A stretch of 64,000 nt of DNA, taken from Podarcis liolepis (Eukaryota). The number at the start of each line of letters is the position of its first letter. The stretch's first letter is position 1. The notes beneath the pieces were generated by a model that was not told the DNA's origin, ran no database searches, and saw nothing but the letters and a program-made list of their open reading frames with translations. Location: NCBI GenBank assembly GCA_965112155.1, contig OZ218105.1, one strand, 5' to 3'. The position numbers were made by a program, and so were the translations under genes. Positions 12,100 to 24,840 of this stretch are shown here, one piece after another.

Positions 12100-12839
12100 T
12101 GATGACCAGGTTCCTTCTTCCTGCATTGCAACGGCAAAGCCCTCAGAATCTGTCCTGGGTGTCCAGCTGACTGATAAAACAGCCTTGAACATATCACAAC
12201 AAATGCTAGTACTTTTGCACTTGCTTCACTGACATAAACAAATGCTACTTCCAGTCTTGTTCCAGAATTTGTACAAATGGCACCACAAAAGGAACAAAAG
12301 AAACATGTCCGCTGGCAATGGTCTGGTTCCCAACATGTTAACATCAATTTTATGCAAACGATGTTAGCCATGAAAATATGCAAATATACTGTGAACCTCT
12401 GGCTTCTGCTGAATTTCCAATGTGCTGAATATATTGAATTTCAATGAGCAGGTCTATGCGAGGAACAAGTTGCCCTATCCTGTAAGAAGCTATGTAGGGG
12501 ATAGAAATGCAACTGCATATAAATTTATAACATAGCACAGTTTGATATCACCTAGAGCTAGTGAGATACGAATCTTTAAGCCTAATCGCTATGATCCCCA
12601 CCCCTGCACCAACTCGCTGGACCATTTTCACCATTGCTTTCCTCCCCCTCTATCAGTGATATCTTATGAACCACTGTACTAAGATGACCAGCCACTACAT
12701 CAGATGCCCTTTTGCCCTGGATTAGATAGGACTTGATTCCCCTTATAGGTAAGGGGGAAGAAGCCATTAGTGTTATTTGGCCCTGACCTTTGAAGTGACT
12801 CTATTGTCCCTTCACTAGGGACAAACCTCAGTGGAGGGG

Positions 12840-13160
12840 CAGTGGGGGCTTACCATTGGTCTCTATCTGGCCCGTGGGTCTCTCCCCAGGCCACTCTCTC
12901 CCAAGCCACACCCCTCGCCATTCCTGCTTTGCCCCTTCCTGGAGTGTTTGTGCCTGGCTGGAACTCTGGCAGTGCTTCTTGTTGGCCTGGATGGAGGATA
13001 GAGAGGGAGGAAAAGAAACAAGCCTATGGTACAAAGATAGAATTCACATGTGTTAGTCCACCCATTTTTTCCTCTCTCGAGCACCACTTTCCAATGCCAT
13101 GTGGCCTCTGAAAAGTTACTCAGAAGGGAATGCTGCTCTTGGACTGGAAATGGTTCCCGG
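12840..13160 (+). mobile_element. Old hAT-like non-autonomous element
   Basis: Similarity to 3300-3775 and 9296-10450; boundaries approximate. Confidence 0.5.
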
Positions 13161-13587
13161 GGGGGGGGGAGTCTGCCCGTTATCTAGTAAGTCACAGGGG
13201 TGTGTGGAAGTGAGGACAGAAGCAGGGAAGGTACCACCAGATGAGGATGATGGAGGCAGCTCACCCAGGTTGTCCAACGACTTGGAGCTGGACCCGGCAC
13301 AGGGCAACATCAATCCAAATTTAGGCAAATTAAAGTCAGTTTTATGGCCTTTGGCAAGTGAAGCATGTGCTTAACTCAGCTTCCTTGAAATCCACTGGAT
13401 TTCAAAGTGCTCCGCGCTGGCTGGAGAGTGCCCAAATTGTTTGTTATTCGTCAACATGATTCACAACAGTCTTTATTTTTAATTGTTCTTCTTCCAGCCA
13501 TAAATCCCTGATACTTTTTGACTCATCATGTGACCCTTTCCTGGGGGTGATTCTTGTGAAAATTCCAGAACCAGGCCATCAAACACT

Positions 13588-13820
13588 GGCCACATTCACA
13601 CCATACAGTTAAAGGACTCTGATACCACAGGCAGGGCTTTCCCCAAAAGAATTCAGTGAGCTGTAGTTTGTTAAGGATTCAGAGAGCTGTTAGGAGACCC
13701 TGCCTCCTCAATTCCCCTTAAAGAGCTATAGTTCAGAGTGGTTTAACAACAATATTTCATCATAGGGGACTCTGAAAAATGTAGCTCTGTGAGGGAAATA
13801 GCCTCCAACACTCCTCAGAT
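13588..13820 (+). mobile_element. Harbinger-like MITE fragment
   Basis: ggccacattcacaccatac...gctgtagtttgttaagg...; same family as 6653-6985. Confidence 0.55.
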
Positions 13821-14099
13821 GAAAATAGAAATATTTCTTACTCCCCACCCCAACTTCCAATCAGAAGAAGGGCAAGTGTCAGCACCACTACACAAGGGGC
13901 AAGACACAGACACACAAAGCATTTTTCTTATTATTTTTTTTAAATCAAGATTCCTTGCACTCTGCTTTTCTTCCCCTTTCTTCCCACCCAGGGCAGCCCT
14001 GCCCTCTGCCTGCCCCTCAGAGCTGGCATACCATGTAGGGCTGGGCCTTGGCCACCACTGCCAGCGTTTGTGCCTGAGGTCTGGGGTGGTGGGTCTGCT

Positions 14100-14295
14100 G
14101 AACTCCAGCTTAAAAACCTCCAAGGAAGAAGAGTCCACAACCTTCCGAGGGCATCTGCTCCACTGTCAAACAGCTCTTACTGCCAGAAAGTTTTTCCAAA
14201 TGTTTAGTCGGAATCTCATTTTTTGTAAATTGAAGCTGTTGGTACCTTCCAGAACAGGAGAAAACAAGCATGTTCCCTCTTCCATCTGACAGCCC
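14100..14295 (-). mobile_element. CR1 LINE fragment
   Basis: ttaaaaacctccaaggaagaagagtccacaacctt...cactgtcaaacagctcttact is the reverse complement of the CR1 end seen at 45615-45803. Confidence 0.7.
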
Positions 14296-14326
14296 TTATT
14301 GGTGGGGAAGCGTGGCACCAAAAGAC

Positions 14327-14547
14327 CAGGGGCATAGGGAGGGGGAGGTGCTGGGGTGGATATCTCTGGGTGCCCTCACTGAGGGGGGTGACATTTGGTG
14401 CACCGCCCACCCATGACTCCCAAGCCTACCCCGAGCCGTTGAGGTAAGGGGGGAGCTGTACTGCTTTGCCGGTGACACCCCACCTTCCCCCTTTGTTTTG
14501 ACAGCTTGGGGGAGGCTTGGGAGTCGTGGGCACACCGAATGTCCACC

Positions 14548-14594
<47 letters not shown>

Positions 14595-15024
14595 TTATTT
14601 ATACCCTGCCCTCCCCAGCCAGAGCCGGGCTCAGGGCAGCTAACCCCAGTAAAATTAAAGTAAAATAGGGGGGGGGACCCAATTTAAAATACAGGTTAAA
14701 ATACAATTTAAAATGCAGCCTCATTTTAAAAGTAGCCCATAGATCAAAACTATAAGGGGAGGGAAACATAAGGGTCAGACTGATTCCAAACCAAAGGGCA
14801 GGTGGAACAGCTCTGTCTTGCAGGCCCTGCGGGGCCGGTACTGAAAAGGCCCTGGCCCTAGTTGAGCCACTATGGGTGGCTTGTTCCGCCCCTGGCTGCA
14901 GGGCATGCGTGCCGCTCTGGGCACCTGAGTGGCTATCCTGTGCCTGGGAGGGCACCCTCCACACCATGCCCCCCCCTTGGGAGCATGCCCACCCTGGGCA
15001 GTGTGGGCATATGCTCCATTACTG
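14327..15024. mobile_element. GC-rich hAT-type MITE interrupted by L2
   Basis: Ends caggggcatag / tatgctccattactg; 8-bp TSD caaaagac / caaaagat (14319-14326, 15025-15032). Confidence 0.7.
14548..14866 (-). mobile_element. L2 LINE 3' end (same subfamily as 10981-11593)
   Basis: Near-identical reverse complement of about 11213-11593 with an internal deletion; (AAT)n tail at 14548-14593. Confidence 0.92.
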
Positions 15025-15479
15025 CAAAAGATACCTCTGTTTGATGTTAGTTGCAGAAGCATGTCATGCTTGGTCTCCACCCCCTCAAGTTTGAGGGCAC
15101 CCAGCTTCCTCTCAACAGCTGTTGGGGGGGGCAAAGGCACCTTGGCCCCATAGCGATGGCACCCCCTGAGCTGCAATGTAGTCATGTAAAACTGTAGCCC
15201 GTTGATCAAGTTATAAGTGTCCTGGTAGGATTTACAGCCACACGTCACTTCCGTGCTGTACCACACACAGAAAAAGCAACAAAGGGACATATTGGTAAAG
15301 AAAAGAAAACTTTGAAAAGCTTCTCAGCTACAGGGCAGGAATCTGCTGTTGCTGATACAACCTAATGGAAATGGTCAGTGACATTAGCTAAGAGAAACCT
15401 TTGACAAAACCTGTTTAAGCCGGATTTTCAGAACAAGGCAAAGTAGTATACATATTTAAACACACTTTCCTCTGTCTGC

Positions 15480-16146
15480 TTTTCAGTTTTCTGATATCTA
15501 TTTCTCAGATGTGTGTTGGTTTTTATCTTTCCCCAATGAATCTTAAATATGTCTCAGCATCTCCCCCATGGCTGTATTCCAGCCAGCTTTCCTTAAGCTA
15601 TTTCACATTCTCCCCCCCAACCTAATTGTTATGGTGCTGACTGTGTCTGTTATATCAGTACCATTTTTCTACTGTCTGGTTAATCTTTTAATCTTTGTGC
15701 TACACTAATTAAAAATATCACATCCTGCAACTCTTAACCCTGACATGCTGGTCTTCTTTCCACTTAAATGGGTTCTATCTACCTGATTTTCCCAGCATCC
15801 TGAAAGGAAGCCTTCTATATGCTATCCATTTTTTGTCCATTAACTCATTTCTCCATCTTTGCAAACTTTCCAGTTTTTCCATTTTTTGAATAAGTCAACA
15901 GTTAGTGGTCTGCCTTTGCTGTAGGGATTAAGTCCATTTCTGAACTATTTCAGTTTTTCACAAGTTTAGTCATAAGTCTTTTCCATCCCAGTTCTACACC
16001 AATCAGCATTTTTGTAAAAAGAAAGCACCAAAAAATCACATTATTTTTTAAAAAACAAAATATGACTTTTGGATGCATTCTACCTTGAAATTCTCTTTTT
16101 TGTACATTTTATCCTAAATGCAAATTTTATATGCATTTTACTTGCA

Positions 16147-16179
<33 letters not shown>

Positions 16180-17400
16180 CATCATCATCATCATTCCAGA
16201 TGCAAGAAAGTCAATATGAGCTAGTAAGTACTTATTAATGAATAAAAAATGACAAAAACCTAAACCTAAAAGTACAAGATAGTGTTCTGTTGACATGCAA
16301 GTTCAATGGAAATAGTCCATTGAACGAGTTGTCTTTTGGAGTAACAAAGTTATTTGCCTTTTGCAGGCAAGTGTTAATCCTCATCCCCAAGTCTAATACT
16401 GTAAATGCAGCTGACATATCAAGTCTGGAGTGAAACTGTCTGACATATACAGTGAACAAATTCCATGTGTGAAAAGCCTAACTGCATTCTGGTCCAGGTA
16501 TTAGTCTAGGAAGTGTGAATCAGGTCTCTTGGCTTAAGAATGAATGAAAATTTCGAGCACCCCTACTTGGTGGCAGTGAAGCATTTGTTCCTCTCCAAAA
16601 CACTGGGATAAATATTTCATGGTCCAGTGTATTTTCTGAGGAAGGAACCCTGTCCTGGAGCTCAGGTCCAGGCAGGATCAGGCTTCCTTCCTCACTTTCG
16701 CCTCTAAATGCCTTTCCAGTTGATATGTAGATCATTTAACTCAGCACAATTGCTGCCCTGGCATTGTTACAAACTTCCTTTACTTGCACACAAACATTTC
16801 CTGGTCTGCTGTCTATTTGCTTCCAGAAGGTTTTTGGCAATAGCCAAGGATCAATTTTTTCCCATATCTAACCCTTCACTTGATTCCAAATGGTCTTTGC
16901 AGTCTCAGCTTAATATTCCCCCCTCCTTTCAATGGGCCTGACATTTCTCCTCTGTTCATATTTTTGCTCGTTCTGCAGGTTTTTTTTTACCATGAAGCCC
17001 ATCAGAAACCCTCCCCCCTCAAGCAATATTTTATCCTTGCGGCTGATATCTCATTTTAACCAGTCCCTGCCATTCCAATTAAGCCAATGTTTCCTTAACA
17101 TATGTTTCCAATTCAGCAGCCTTGTTACATGTGCTCCCAGCATTGGTGAGACACATTCAACCCATTCTTCTTTCCTCCTTTCTTCCACTGAAACTGTTGC
17201 AGTTTCAAGAAAGAGCAACTGCTTTAAGTCTAGAAAGGCTTTCTCTGTGCTCTGCCACTACTGTTCTTTATCATGACTGGCCAGTGTTACTACCATTTCG
17301 ATCCATTTCCTCTTCGTTAACCTCTCACATTCAAGGAAGCTGAGGTTCCTCAAGAACTGTGGCTTCTTTCTTCCTATGACCAGCTTCATCTGAAAACTCC
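15480..17400 (-). mobile_element. Highly degraded old LINE ORF2 region (tentative)
   Basis: Minus-strand LDMSAAFTVLD near 16390-16425 resembles the RT motif LDLSAAFDTVD; purine-rich minus strand. Extent is uncertain. Confidence 0.3.
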
Positions 17401-17926
17401 ACTTTCCCAAGAAATTGCTCAAGCGATAGAGACCTGTGGTTGCCTTTGGCAGTTTGAAAGATGCAGCTGGTTCAAAATCCCAATTCCTTTTGTTCTTTTT
17501 ATAGCCAACTTGGTGCTCTTCAGAAGTTGTTAGACTCTTAAATCCCATTTGCACAGGTTGCCAACTTTCCACAAGGCCAGGTTCCACAAAGCCCTAAACA
17601 ATTTGGATCCAAAGAACTGTGTAAGAACCATTTGAACACTCCACCTCAATCACTGAGATTATATGATGGTTCCACACACCACTGAGGCTTAATTGGCTTT
17701 TACTAGGGATTGAGTCTTTAGTACAGAGCTGGTCCATACAGGTGTTCCTGCCTCCTTTAGACATGTTCCAAAAACTGTATTGTTTAGACTGGCCTTTGAA
17801 GTATGTTATTTTTAATTTTTTCCAACTGATGTTTTAACGATGCTGTGACTGATTTTATTATACTTTTGTATGTTGTATGCTGCCTTGTTATGCTTTCATG
17901 AAAGTGCAGATTTTAAATGCATCAAT

Positions 17927-17959
<33 letters not shown>

Positions 17960-18562
17960 GGACAGGTCTGCTGGCTACTGCGCATTTACCTGTTTACAGA
18001 GGCATTCTCTTGATCTCTTGACCCAGGTTTCCTATTTTAATTGCTTTGTTGTTTTAATGGGATTGTTTCAATGCACATTTATATCACGGACAATTTTTTT
18101 TTTTTTAGCGGGGTATGCTTATTGCGCATTTGAATGGTGGTAGTATTTTTTTTTAAAAAAAATTATTTACACAATGTTGTGCAACTGCTTTTTATGTTTT
18201 GTAGCCTAGCTGTATGTAAAGTGCTATTTAAATTAATAAAACCTGATAATAATGAATAATCATCCCTGACCACTAGCCATTCTGCTTGGAGCAAATGGGA
18301 GTTGATTGGCCAGCCCAGTGCAGTGCAGTGCATTTTGCTGCCTGGGGCAAAGGACAAGGAGGTGTCCCTCCAATCCCATGAATAAAAGCTGATTGGACAA
18401 GCAGTTGAATTTTGCTTCAGCACTAGTGAGGGGATATTGCCCTCTGCTGCAACAGAAGGCCTCAGACTAGCTTATAGGGCTCAGGGCAGGCTGGTGTAGA
18501 CACCTGCATAAGTAAGACCAGCCCTGTTGCTCTTCAGCTAAGCAAATATATCAAATGGTTAA

Positions 18563-18916
18563 AGGTAAAGGTAAAGGGACCCCTGACCAATAGGTCCAGT
18601 CGTGACTGACTTTGGGGTTGCGGCGCTCATCTTGCTTTATTGGCTGAGGGAGCCAGCATACAGCTTCTAGGTCATGTGGCCAGCATGACTAAGCTGCTTC
18701 TGGCGAACCAGAGCAGCACACGGAAACACCGTTTACCTTCCCGCTGGAGCAGTACCTATTTATCTACTTGCACTTTTGCATGCTTTCAAACTGCTAGGTT
18801 GGCAGGAGTAGGGACCGAGCAACGGGAGCTCATCCCGTCGTGGGGATTCAAACCACGACCTTCTGATGAGCAAGTCCTAGGCTCTGTGGTTTAATCCACA
18901 GCCCCACCCACGTCCC
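18563..18916 (-). mobile_element. Sauria SINE, full length
   Basis: tRNA-like head (gggacgtgggtgg...ggtttgaatcccc), Bov-B-like 3' end and (ACCTTT)n tail; 14-bp TSD tatcaaatggttaa / tatcacatggttaa (18549-18562, 18917-18930). Confidence 0.93.
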
Positions 18917-20039
18917 TATCACATGGTTAATGCTACCATATTGATAGATATCAGTGCAGTGGGTAAAGCCATGTCACTGCTGTTTCTCAGGGCATGCAGA
19001 TTGGCTCATTATGCTGATCACATGACATTCCCCCTCTTTTCATTTTTTTAAAGTGCAAATTGACAGGAAACCACCAAGTACTAACAAATTACAAAGCCGG
19101 AACCACATGGGCTGTGGGTATATTAGATGTGCATATGACCCCTCCACAAGCAGCCTGGCAGAAATTATCCGATCTATAGCAATGATACTTTTTGGGCCCT
19201 TTTGAGAAAAGGTGACAGTGGCTGTACTGCAAATGAAGATGTTGCATGGAATTTTAATTTGGAACCTGCAAGTTGGGCATTGTTTTGGCCTGTTTGGAGC
19301 TGCTTGTGATGATGAGATGTTTATTCAGATTTGAGATGCAACCCAAATTTCTTTGCAAGTATTCTCTAATCTGATTTATAAAGGAGCCTGTAGCATCCCA
19401 CAGCCGCAATAAAAGATATTGAAAATGGCAGGCTGTTCATCTGCTGAAATCAATGCATGCTGAGGGAGATGAGCACCTCCCCAGAAGCGTTCAGCATATT
19501 ACAAGATCAGGCCTAGTGCACGTGAACAGAGTACAGATGTGAGGGGTAAGTACAAACAGGTTGCCATTGCTAACTGCCTTCACTGATACTTTACACAAAC
19601 ACCAGAGAACAAAAGGATACTCTGCACACTAGTCAGCACAATTAGAAAAATGCATGTGGATAAAAGGGGAAAATATTAAGCTTAACAGGAAATCCTGCTT
19701 CAGGCAGCATTATACAGGCCAGATGACCATCAACAAGCTTAATTATTACGTTTTCTCTGGAGAAGGTATATTAATGAACATACTATACCTATGACTTGCA
19801 AAGCACTGCCCATAATGTGCCAATGATGTTATCTGTTGTTCTGACACTTCTGGGCAGACAGCAGCTGTGGATTCACATTTTGCAAGTCCTGGTTACCCCC
19901 TGGGACAGGGGGCAGTTGTAGGCTAGCAGCAATTACCCAAGTTCTTGGCAGGTGGGTCACTGTTGCTTGCCAGGAGGTAGAGTGGGAGGGGCAAGGCGAC
20001 TGGGAAGTCAGGGCTGTGCAAGTAGGGACCAGCTTACCA

Positions 20040-20661
20040 GAAACTCACTGCTTGGTTACTATCTTCTCGCATCCTGTGGGACAACTTTGACCAGTGTGCA
20101 GCTTTTTTCTCTTCCATCTCTGAAGAGGCTTGCCTCATGCTGCTGGTTCCAGGAGACCCCAACCGGGACAAAAAGAACGCCCGGTTCTTCCTCTGCTGGC
20201 ACTGGGTCTGTGGCCCCGATCCCTGAGCCCATAACCGTTGTCAGGAGATCATCCTACAGTTGAGTAGGACCCTGGTAGAGACCTATGCCTGACTTGTTCG
20301 TTCGGGAGCTTCAAAAGCTTTCTTCAGCCCGAACATCACAGCGACCGATGCCAACAGACATCGGCACACTTAGGAATCCACAGAGTCTTCGCAGCTTTCG
20401 CAACAGACCTCAGCAACACAGCATTTTGGTTAATCTACTTTATTTACATATAAACACACATGGAGCACTGCAACATGGCTCCCTCTCTCTCTAGCATCAG
20501 ACAGCAAAGAGTAAAAACGAAGGACAATAGTCCCACTTCACGGAACACAGTAACACAAACATCCTGTCGCCATCACTTCCCACTCTGTGGAGTCAAAACA
20601 TACACCGTCATGTGATAGACAAAAATCCCATGACTGCAATCATGGAGCAGGAATTCTAACA
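20040..20661 (-). mobile_element. Ty1/copia-type 5' LTR (20239-20661) + PBS + truncated internal leader
   Basis: Minus strand TGTTAG...CTGACA (423 bp) with AATAAA, followed after 2 nt by GGTTATGGGCTCAG (20223-20236), complementary to the tRNAiMet anticodon-arm sequence CTGGGCCCATAACC with one G:U. Left boundary is approximate. Confidence 0.8.
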
Positions 20662-20715
20662 GGCAGGTCCTGGATAAACTTCTGGCCCACCAGGCCAAAA
20701 AAGGTTCCCCTACAC

Positions 20716-20849
20716 CAGTGATGGCCAAACTTGGCCCTCCAGCTGTTTTGGGACTACAATTCCCATCATCCCTGACCATGGTCCTGTTAGCTAGGGATGA
20801 TGGGCATTGTAGTCCCCAAACAGCTGGAGGGCCAAGTTTGGCCATCACT
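20716..20849. mobile_element. hAT (Charlie-type) palindromic MITE
   Basis: Long near-perfect TIRs (cagtgatggccaaacttggccctccagctgttt); TSD ccctacac on both sides. Confidence 0.9.
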
Positions 20850-20856
20850 CCCTACA

Positions 20857-20980
20857 CTGACTGGTAGTGGGTCTCCAGAATTTCAGACTGGGGTCTCTCC
20901 CTGCCCTACCTCAAGATGTCAGAGATAGTACCTGGACCTTCTGCATATGGGTGCTCTGCCACTGAGCTATGAACCTTCCC
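20857..20980 (-). mobile_element. Old tRNA-derived SINE
   Basis: Minus strand GGGAAGGTTCATAGCTCAGTGGCAGAGCAC...GCAGAAGGTCC (A-box, tRNA head); related copy at 54329-54507. Confidence 0.65.
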
Positions 20981-21039
20981 TAAATTTTCAAACTTCATTT
21001 GGAGTAGAAGTATAACCATTAATCAGTTAATCAGGGAGT

Positions 21040-21250
21040 GGAACACTGGAGTGAAGGTGGTTGGCTTTCCTTTGCTTAAGAATTTAAGCAGCGGCAGGCA
21101 ACTATCTATCAGAGATGCTGTGATTACCGGTACTTCCTGCATGGCAGATCCAGCACTGATCAATGGCTTGTGTGAGATGACCTCCGAGAGCCCTTCCGAC
21201 TTTGGCTTGGGTGAGATGACCTCTGAGAGCCCTTCCAACTCTGCGATTCA
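21040..21250 (+). mobile_element. CR1 3' end with duplicated terminal segment
   Basis: aaggtggttggctttcctttg...aagcag...gagatgacctc.gagagcccttccaactctgcgattc; the terminal 38 bp occur twice. Confidence 0.65.
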
Positions 21251-21614
21251 AACCCCTTTTAAATATATGAAAAATGCAAGAGGTAATAGCTCTTTTGAGA
21301 AGGACTTAAGAAAGGCTCCTCCATACTGCTATCCTCAGAAGCCCTGTTGACTTCAACGAGGCTTGCTCTTAGGAAAATGTGTATAGCATTGCAGCCTTAG
21401 AAACAGGCACATTTATTCACATTAAATAGATTAAAGCTAATTTGCTAAAGCCTGGTAAGAGTTCTTCAATTAATTGTGCAATCTCACAATTACATATTAA
21501 TATTTATTATATATAATATATTGTTTGATCGCTATATATAAATAATACATCTTAGTAGTTTTCAGTGCCACAGTTCAAGCAAGGAGAGTGATGGGTGGAT
21601 AGAAATGTCTAGAT

Positions 21615-21729
21615 CAGGGAGCCTGTGGTCCTCCATATGTTGTGGGACTATGACTCCCCCCCCAATTCATTGGCCATGCTGGCTGGGGCTTCCAACACCA
21701 TCTGAAATACCACCCGTTCCCCATCCTTG
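21615..21729. mobile_element. Degraded hAT MITE
   Basis: cagg...ccttg ends; TSD gtctagat / gtctaggt; internal gggacta.aactccc-like motif. Confidence 0.6.
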
Positions 21730-23777
21730 GTCTAGGTCTTAGGCTAGTCATGCATTTTTAACAGGGTCTATATTTTGAACTGGGAAAGACCCAAGGGGCA
21801 GTAATCCAGGGGCAATCTCTCACGAGTGAGCTGTCACCCAGACAAATCCTCCCCCCCCCTTTCAGTATGACCAGATACACAAGCTTGTCAGAGTCCTCCC
21901 TTCCCCATCCCCCCCCCCCAAGGCTGGAGAGTTACAACACATTCTGCAAGACATCCTCTCTCTGCTGCATGCAAAGGGATCTAACTTGTGCCTGATAATA
22001 ATTGCTTATGTTTAACCAAGAAAGCAGAATCTGGCACATAATGTATCACAATAATAAATTAACTGCCTCTCTCTTCCCTCTTTCTCTGTCTCTCAGACTC
22101 AGTTCAATTTGTGGTTAGCCTCTCAGGGTGCACGGAAGGGCAACTTTTCTTTGAGCAATAGTTAGTATTCTATATAGACCTTTTGCCATAATGACGAATG
22201 TATTGCAACCTTGCTGTTATGCATAAAACATCATGAAAACGTACATCTGCACTATCTCTACCTTCACCCCAGTTCCTTTGTTTCTAAAGTGCTGAGTTGT
22301 GCCTTTTTTAAAAAACAAAAAACAACCCTGGATGGATATCAAATTTGAACAGCCTTGCCAATTTTACTGAAATTATATCACAGTTATATTATCTCTTAAT
22401 GAAACAAGTATAGCTGGCTGATTGATTTATGGAGCAATTTTTTGCATCATTACCTAACTTGATTGTGTGCAAATACTTTTTTATACTCACTACGGCAATA
22501 TCCTGGGCATCATTTTTTAAAAAATGTTTGTTTCAAGATGTGCCATTTTTTTCTGCTCGGGACTGAAAGGAACAAAGAGTTTGAGTGAAGCAGAGCCGAT
22601 GTCATGCAATGCTGTTTATTGGACTTTAAAAATGTTTTTAATGGCCTTCAGTAAGGAAGAAAGACAAATACATTCCTCTTTCTGCTGTGACTAATCCCTA
22701 TCAATGGTGCGTAAAGGTAAACCTCGAGGTAGCTTCTGAATAAATAGGCGCTGCATTTGCTGAGGTGACTTTCCCCAGTTAAATAGTTTGATGTTTCTTG
22801 AAAGCATTTATCTAAAGAGCCAAGATTTTCTCCAAACACTTAAAACTCAAGTAGATCCAGACTGGGCCAACAGCACAGGGCATGAATGTCAGGATTCCCT
22901 TGCTAAAATAAGATTCAGACTCAGCTAGATCAACATCCTGCTCCTGAGGGAGGCCAGCCAGATATATTTGTTTGCTCAGTGCCATCCTAAGACGTTTGGC
23001 TGCCCAGGAGGGATAGCAAATCTTGCCCTTTACCAGTGCATAGCACCCAAAGTTGGCCAAGTTGCTATGACCCTAGATAGAGAAAGTCCCACAAGGAAAT
23101 ATTATATGAAATGATTTGCTGTTCTTTCATGTTACCCAAAATCAGCTGCGTGAGACACCCATCTAAGGGTTGCCTCAATCTGCCTAAGGGCAAGGCTGGC
23201 CCAGTGTGTGTGTGTGTGTGTGTGTGTGCGCACACGTAAGTGTACCACCAGTCAGTTATTCACTTATTGTTTTGGAAAGCACACATTCTCCTTTTAAATG
23301 GACTGAATAGAATTTATTGCCCATGCCCAATAGGCCCAGTTTGGACTGTGTGCTTGGGGAACCAGGAATGCTGACTGACTATTGAAGAGTCAGTCCATAT
23401 ATATTGTTACAAAAGTTGGGTGACCTCCCCTCTCTCGGCTGAGCGGTGGCAAGAGCCCATGTGGTTCCAGGCAGTCACCCAGAGTTTGTGTTCCTTTGGA
23501 GAACTGAGACATGGCGAAGACTGTTGTAACTTTAAGAAATATGGTTTATTGACCTATTTACCAGCCAACCTGCAGAATATTGATCCTAGAACCTTCCTTC
23601 TCCTCCTTCCTAGAACCCCTTGCAGACTCCTTTTTCTTGTCACCTCAAACACACAGTTATCCTGGCAACTTTGCAAAGCCCTGTCTCTGTTCATATTGCA
23701 GGGCAAGGGGGAGGGCAGTTCTCTTGCATTGCCCATGGCTCTCAATGACCTTGTTTTGTTTATTTTTCCTTCTTGTG

Positions 23778-23781
<4 letters not shown>

Positions 23782-23841
<60 letters not shown>
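23782..23841. repeat. Compound (TA)n(GA)n microsatellite
   Basis: Direct read. Confidence 0.97.
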
Positions 23842-23844
<3 letters not shown>

Positions 23845-24334
23845 TTTATAAACAAGAATAATGTTATACAAAAAAGTTTACCAAGTTTTCTCATACCATT
23901 TGTATATCACAAAAGTAGCATAATAAATGTGGAAAAATATCTACAACGTATGTTTCATTATTAGTAGTCAATGTATGAGTTCTTGGTTTATGAATTGGTG
24001 TGAGGGGTTGTGTCAGCGTTACTTGTATGAGTTCTCTTACTATTCACTTGTTGTATTTCCTTGGTGGTGAGAGAGGTTGGGTATTGGCTAGCCCATGCAA
24101 AATTTCTCTGCAGTTTGCATTTCTCCCTTCACACCCCAAATAGTCAAAATCTTACAATTTGTTAATTTCTAGGGTTTAGGGTGCCTTCCCCCATCTATAA
24201 CAATATATTTGGAAAACTGAGTGGGAGTATCATGGAGAAAGACATGGCTGACTGGAAGAGTAGAGGGGAGCACTGTACATTAGCACATTTCTGGATCAAT
24301 ATAAACCTAAATCCAATGTAGTGATTAGAATGTT

Positions 24335-24840
24335 TTTTTAATAATATTTTATTAGGTTTTATCCATAAAAAAGTTTAAACAAATACAAAAAACGAAAAAA
24401 ATACAAAATTACAAAATACAGAAAAACAAACATTAAACACAAAAAAGAAAAGAAAAAAGCACATATAAAAAGACACAAATTCCTTCTTTCTTAATTTTTC
24501 CTCTTTGATTAACTTATTTTCCTGACTCCCTCACGTCTCCCATTTTTGTATCCCTTTTAAAAGTTAGTTCAGCAAATTCATGTCCTGTTAGTCTCTCTCT
24601 TTGTTAATCCAATCTTACAATTTACCTTGTTGCTAAAACCCCTGCATTTCATTTCAATGTCCTCAACATTCAAAAATTTTGCAATATTTCTGCAAATACA
24701 TTTTAAATTTCCTCCAATCTTCTTCCACCGACTCTTCTCCCTGGTCTCGAATTCTGCCAGTCATTTCCGCCATCTCCATGTAGTCTATTAGTTGCATCTG
24801 CCAGTCTTCCAAGGTGGGTAGGTCTTGTGTCTTCCAATGC
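24335..24840 (-). mobile_element. L1-clade LINE 3' end
   Basis: Minus-strand HWKTQDLPTLEDWQMQLIDYMEMAEMTGRIRDQGEESVEEDWRKFKMYLQKYCKIFEC*, T-rich 3' UTR, AATAAA and A-tail; 18-bp TSD tgtagtg(a/g)ttagaatgtt (24317-24334, 24841-24858). Confidence 0.85.

Noticed and set aside
18563-18916. tRNA genes suggested by A/B boxes (also 20857, 24841, 38985, 57200)
   Set aside because: These are SINE heads continuing into SINE bodies and tails; no complete cloverleaf.
20716-20849. Pre-miRNA-like hairpins (also 3490, 31489, 32145)
   Set aside because: They are multi-copy hAT MITEs with 8-bp TSDs; I recognised no known mature miRNA anywhere in the window.
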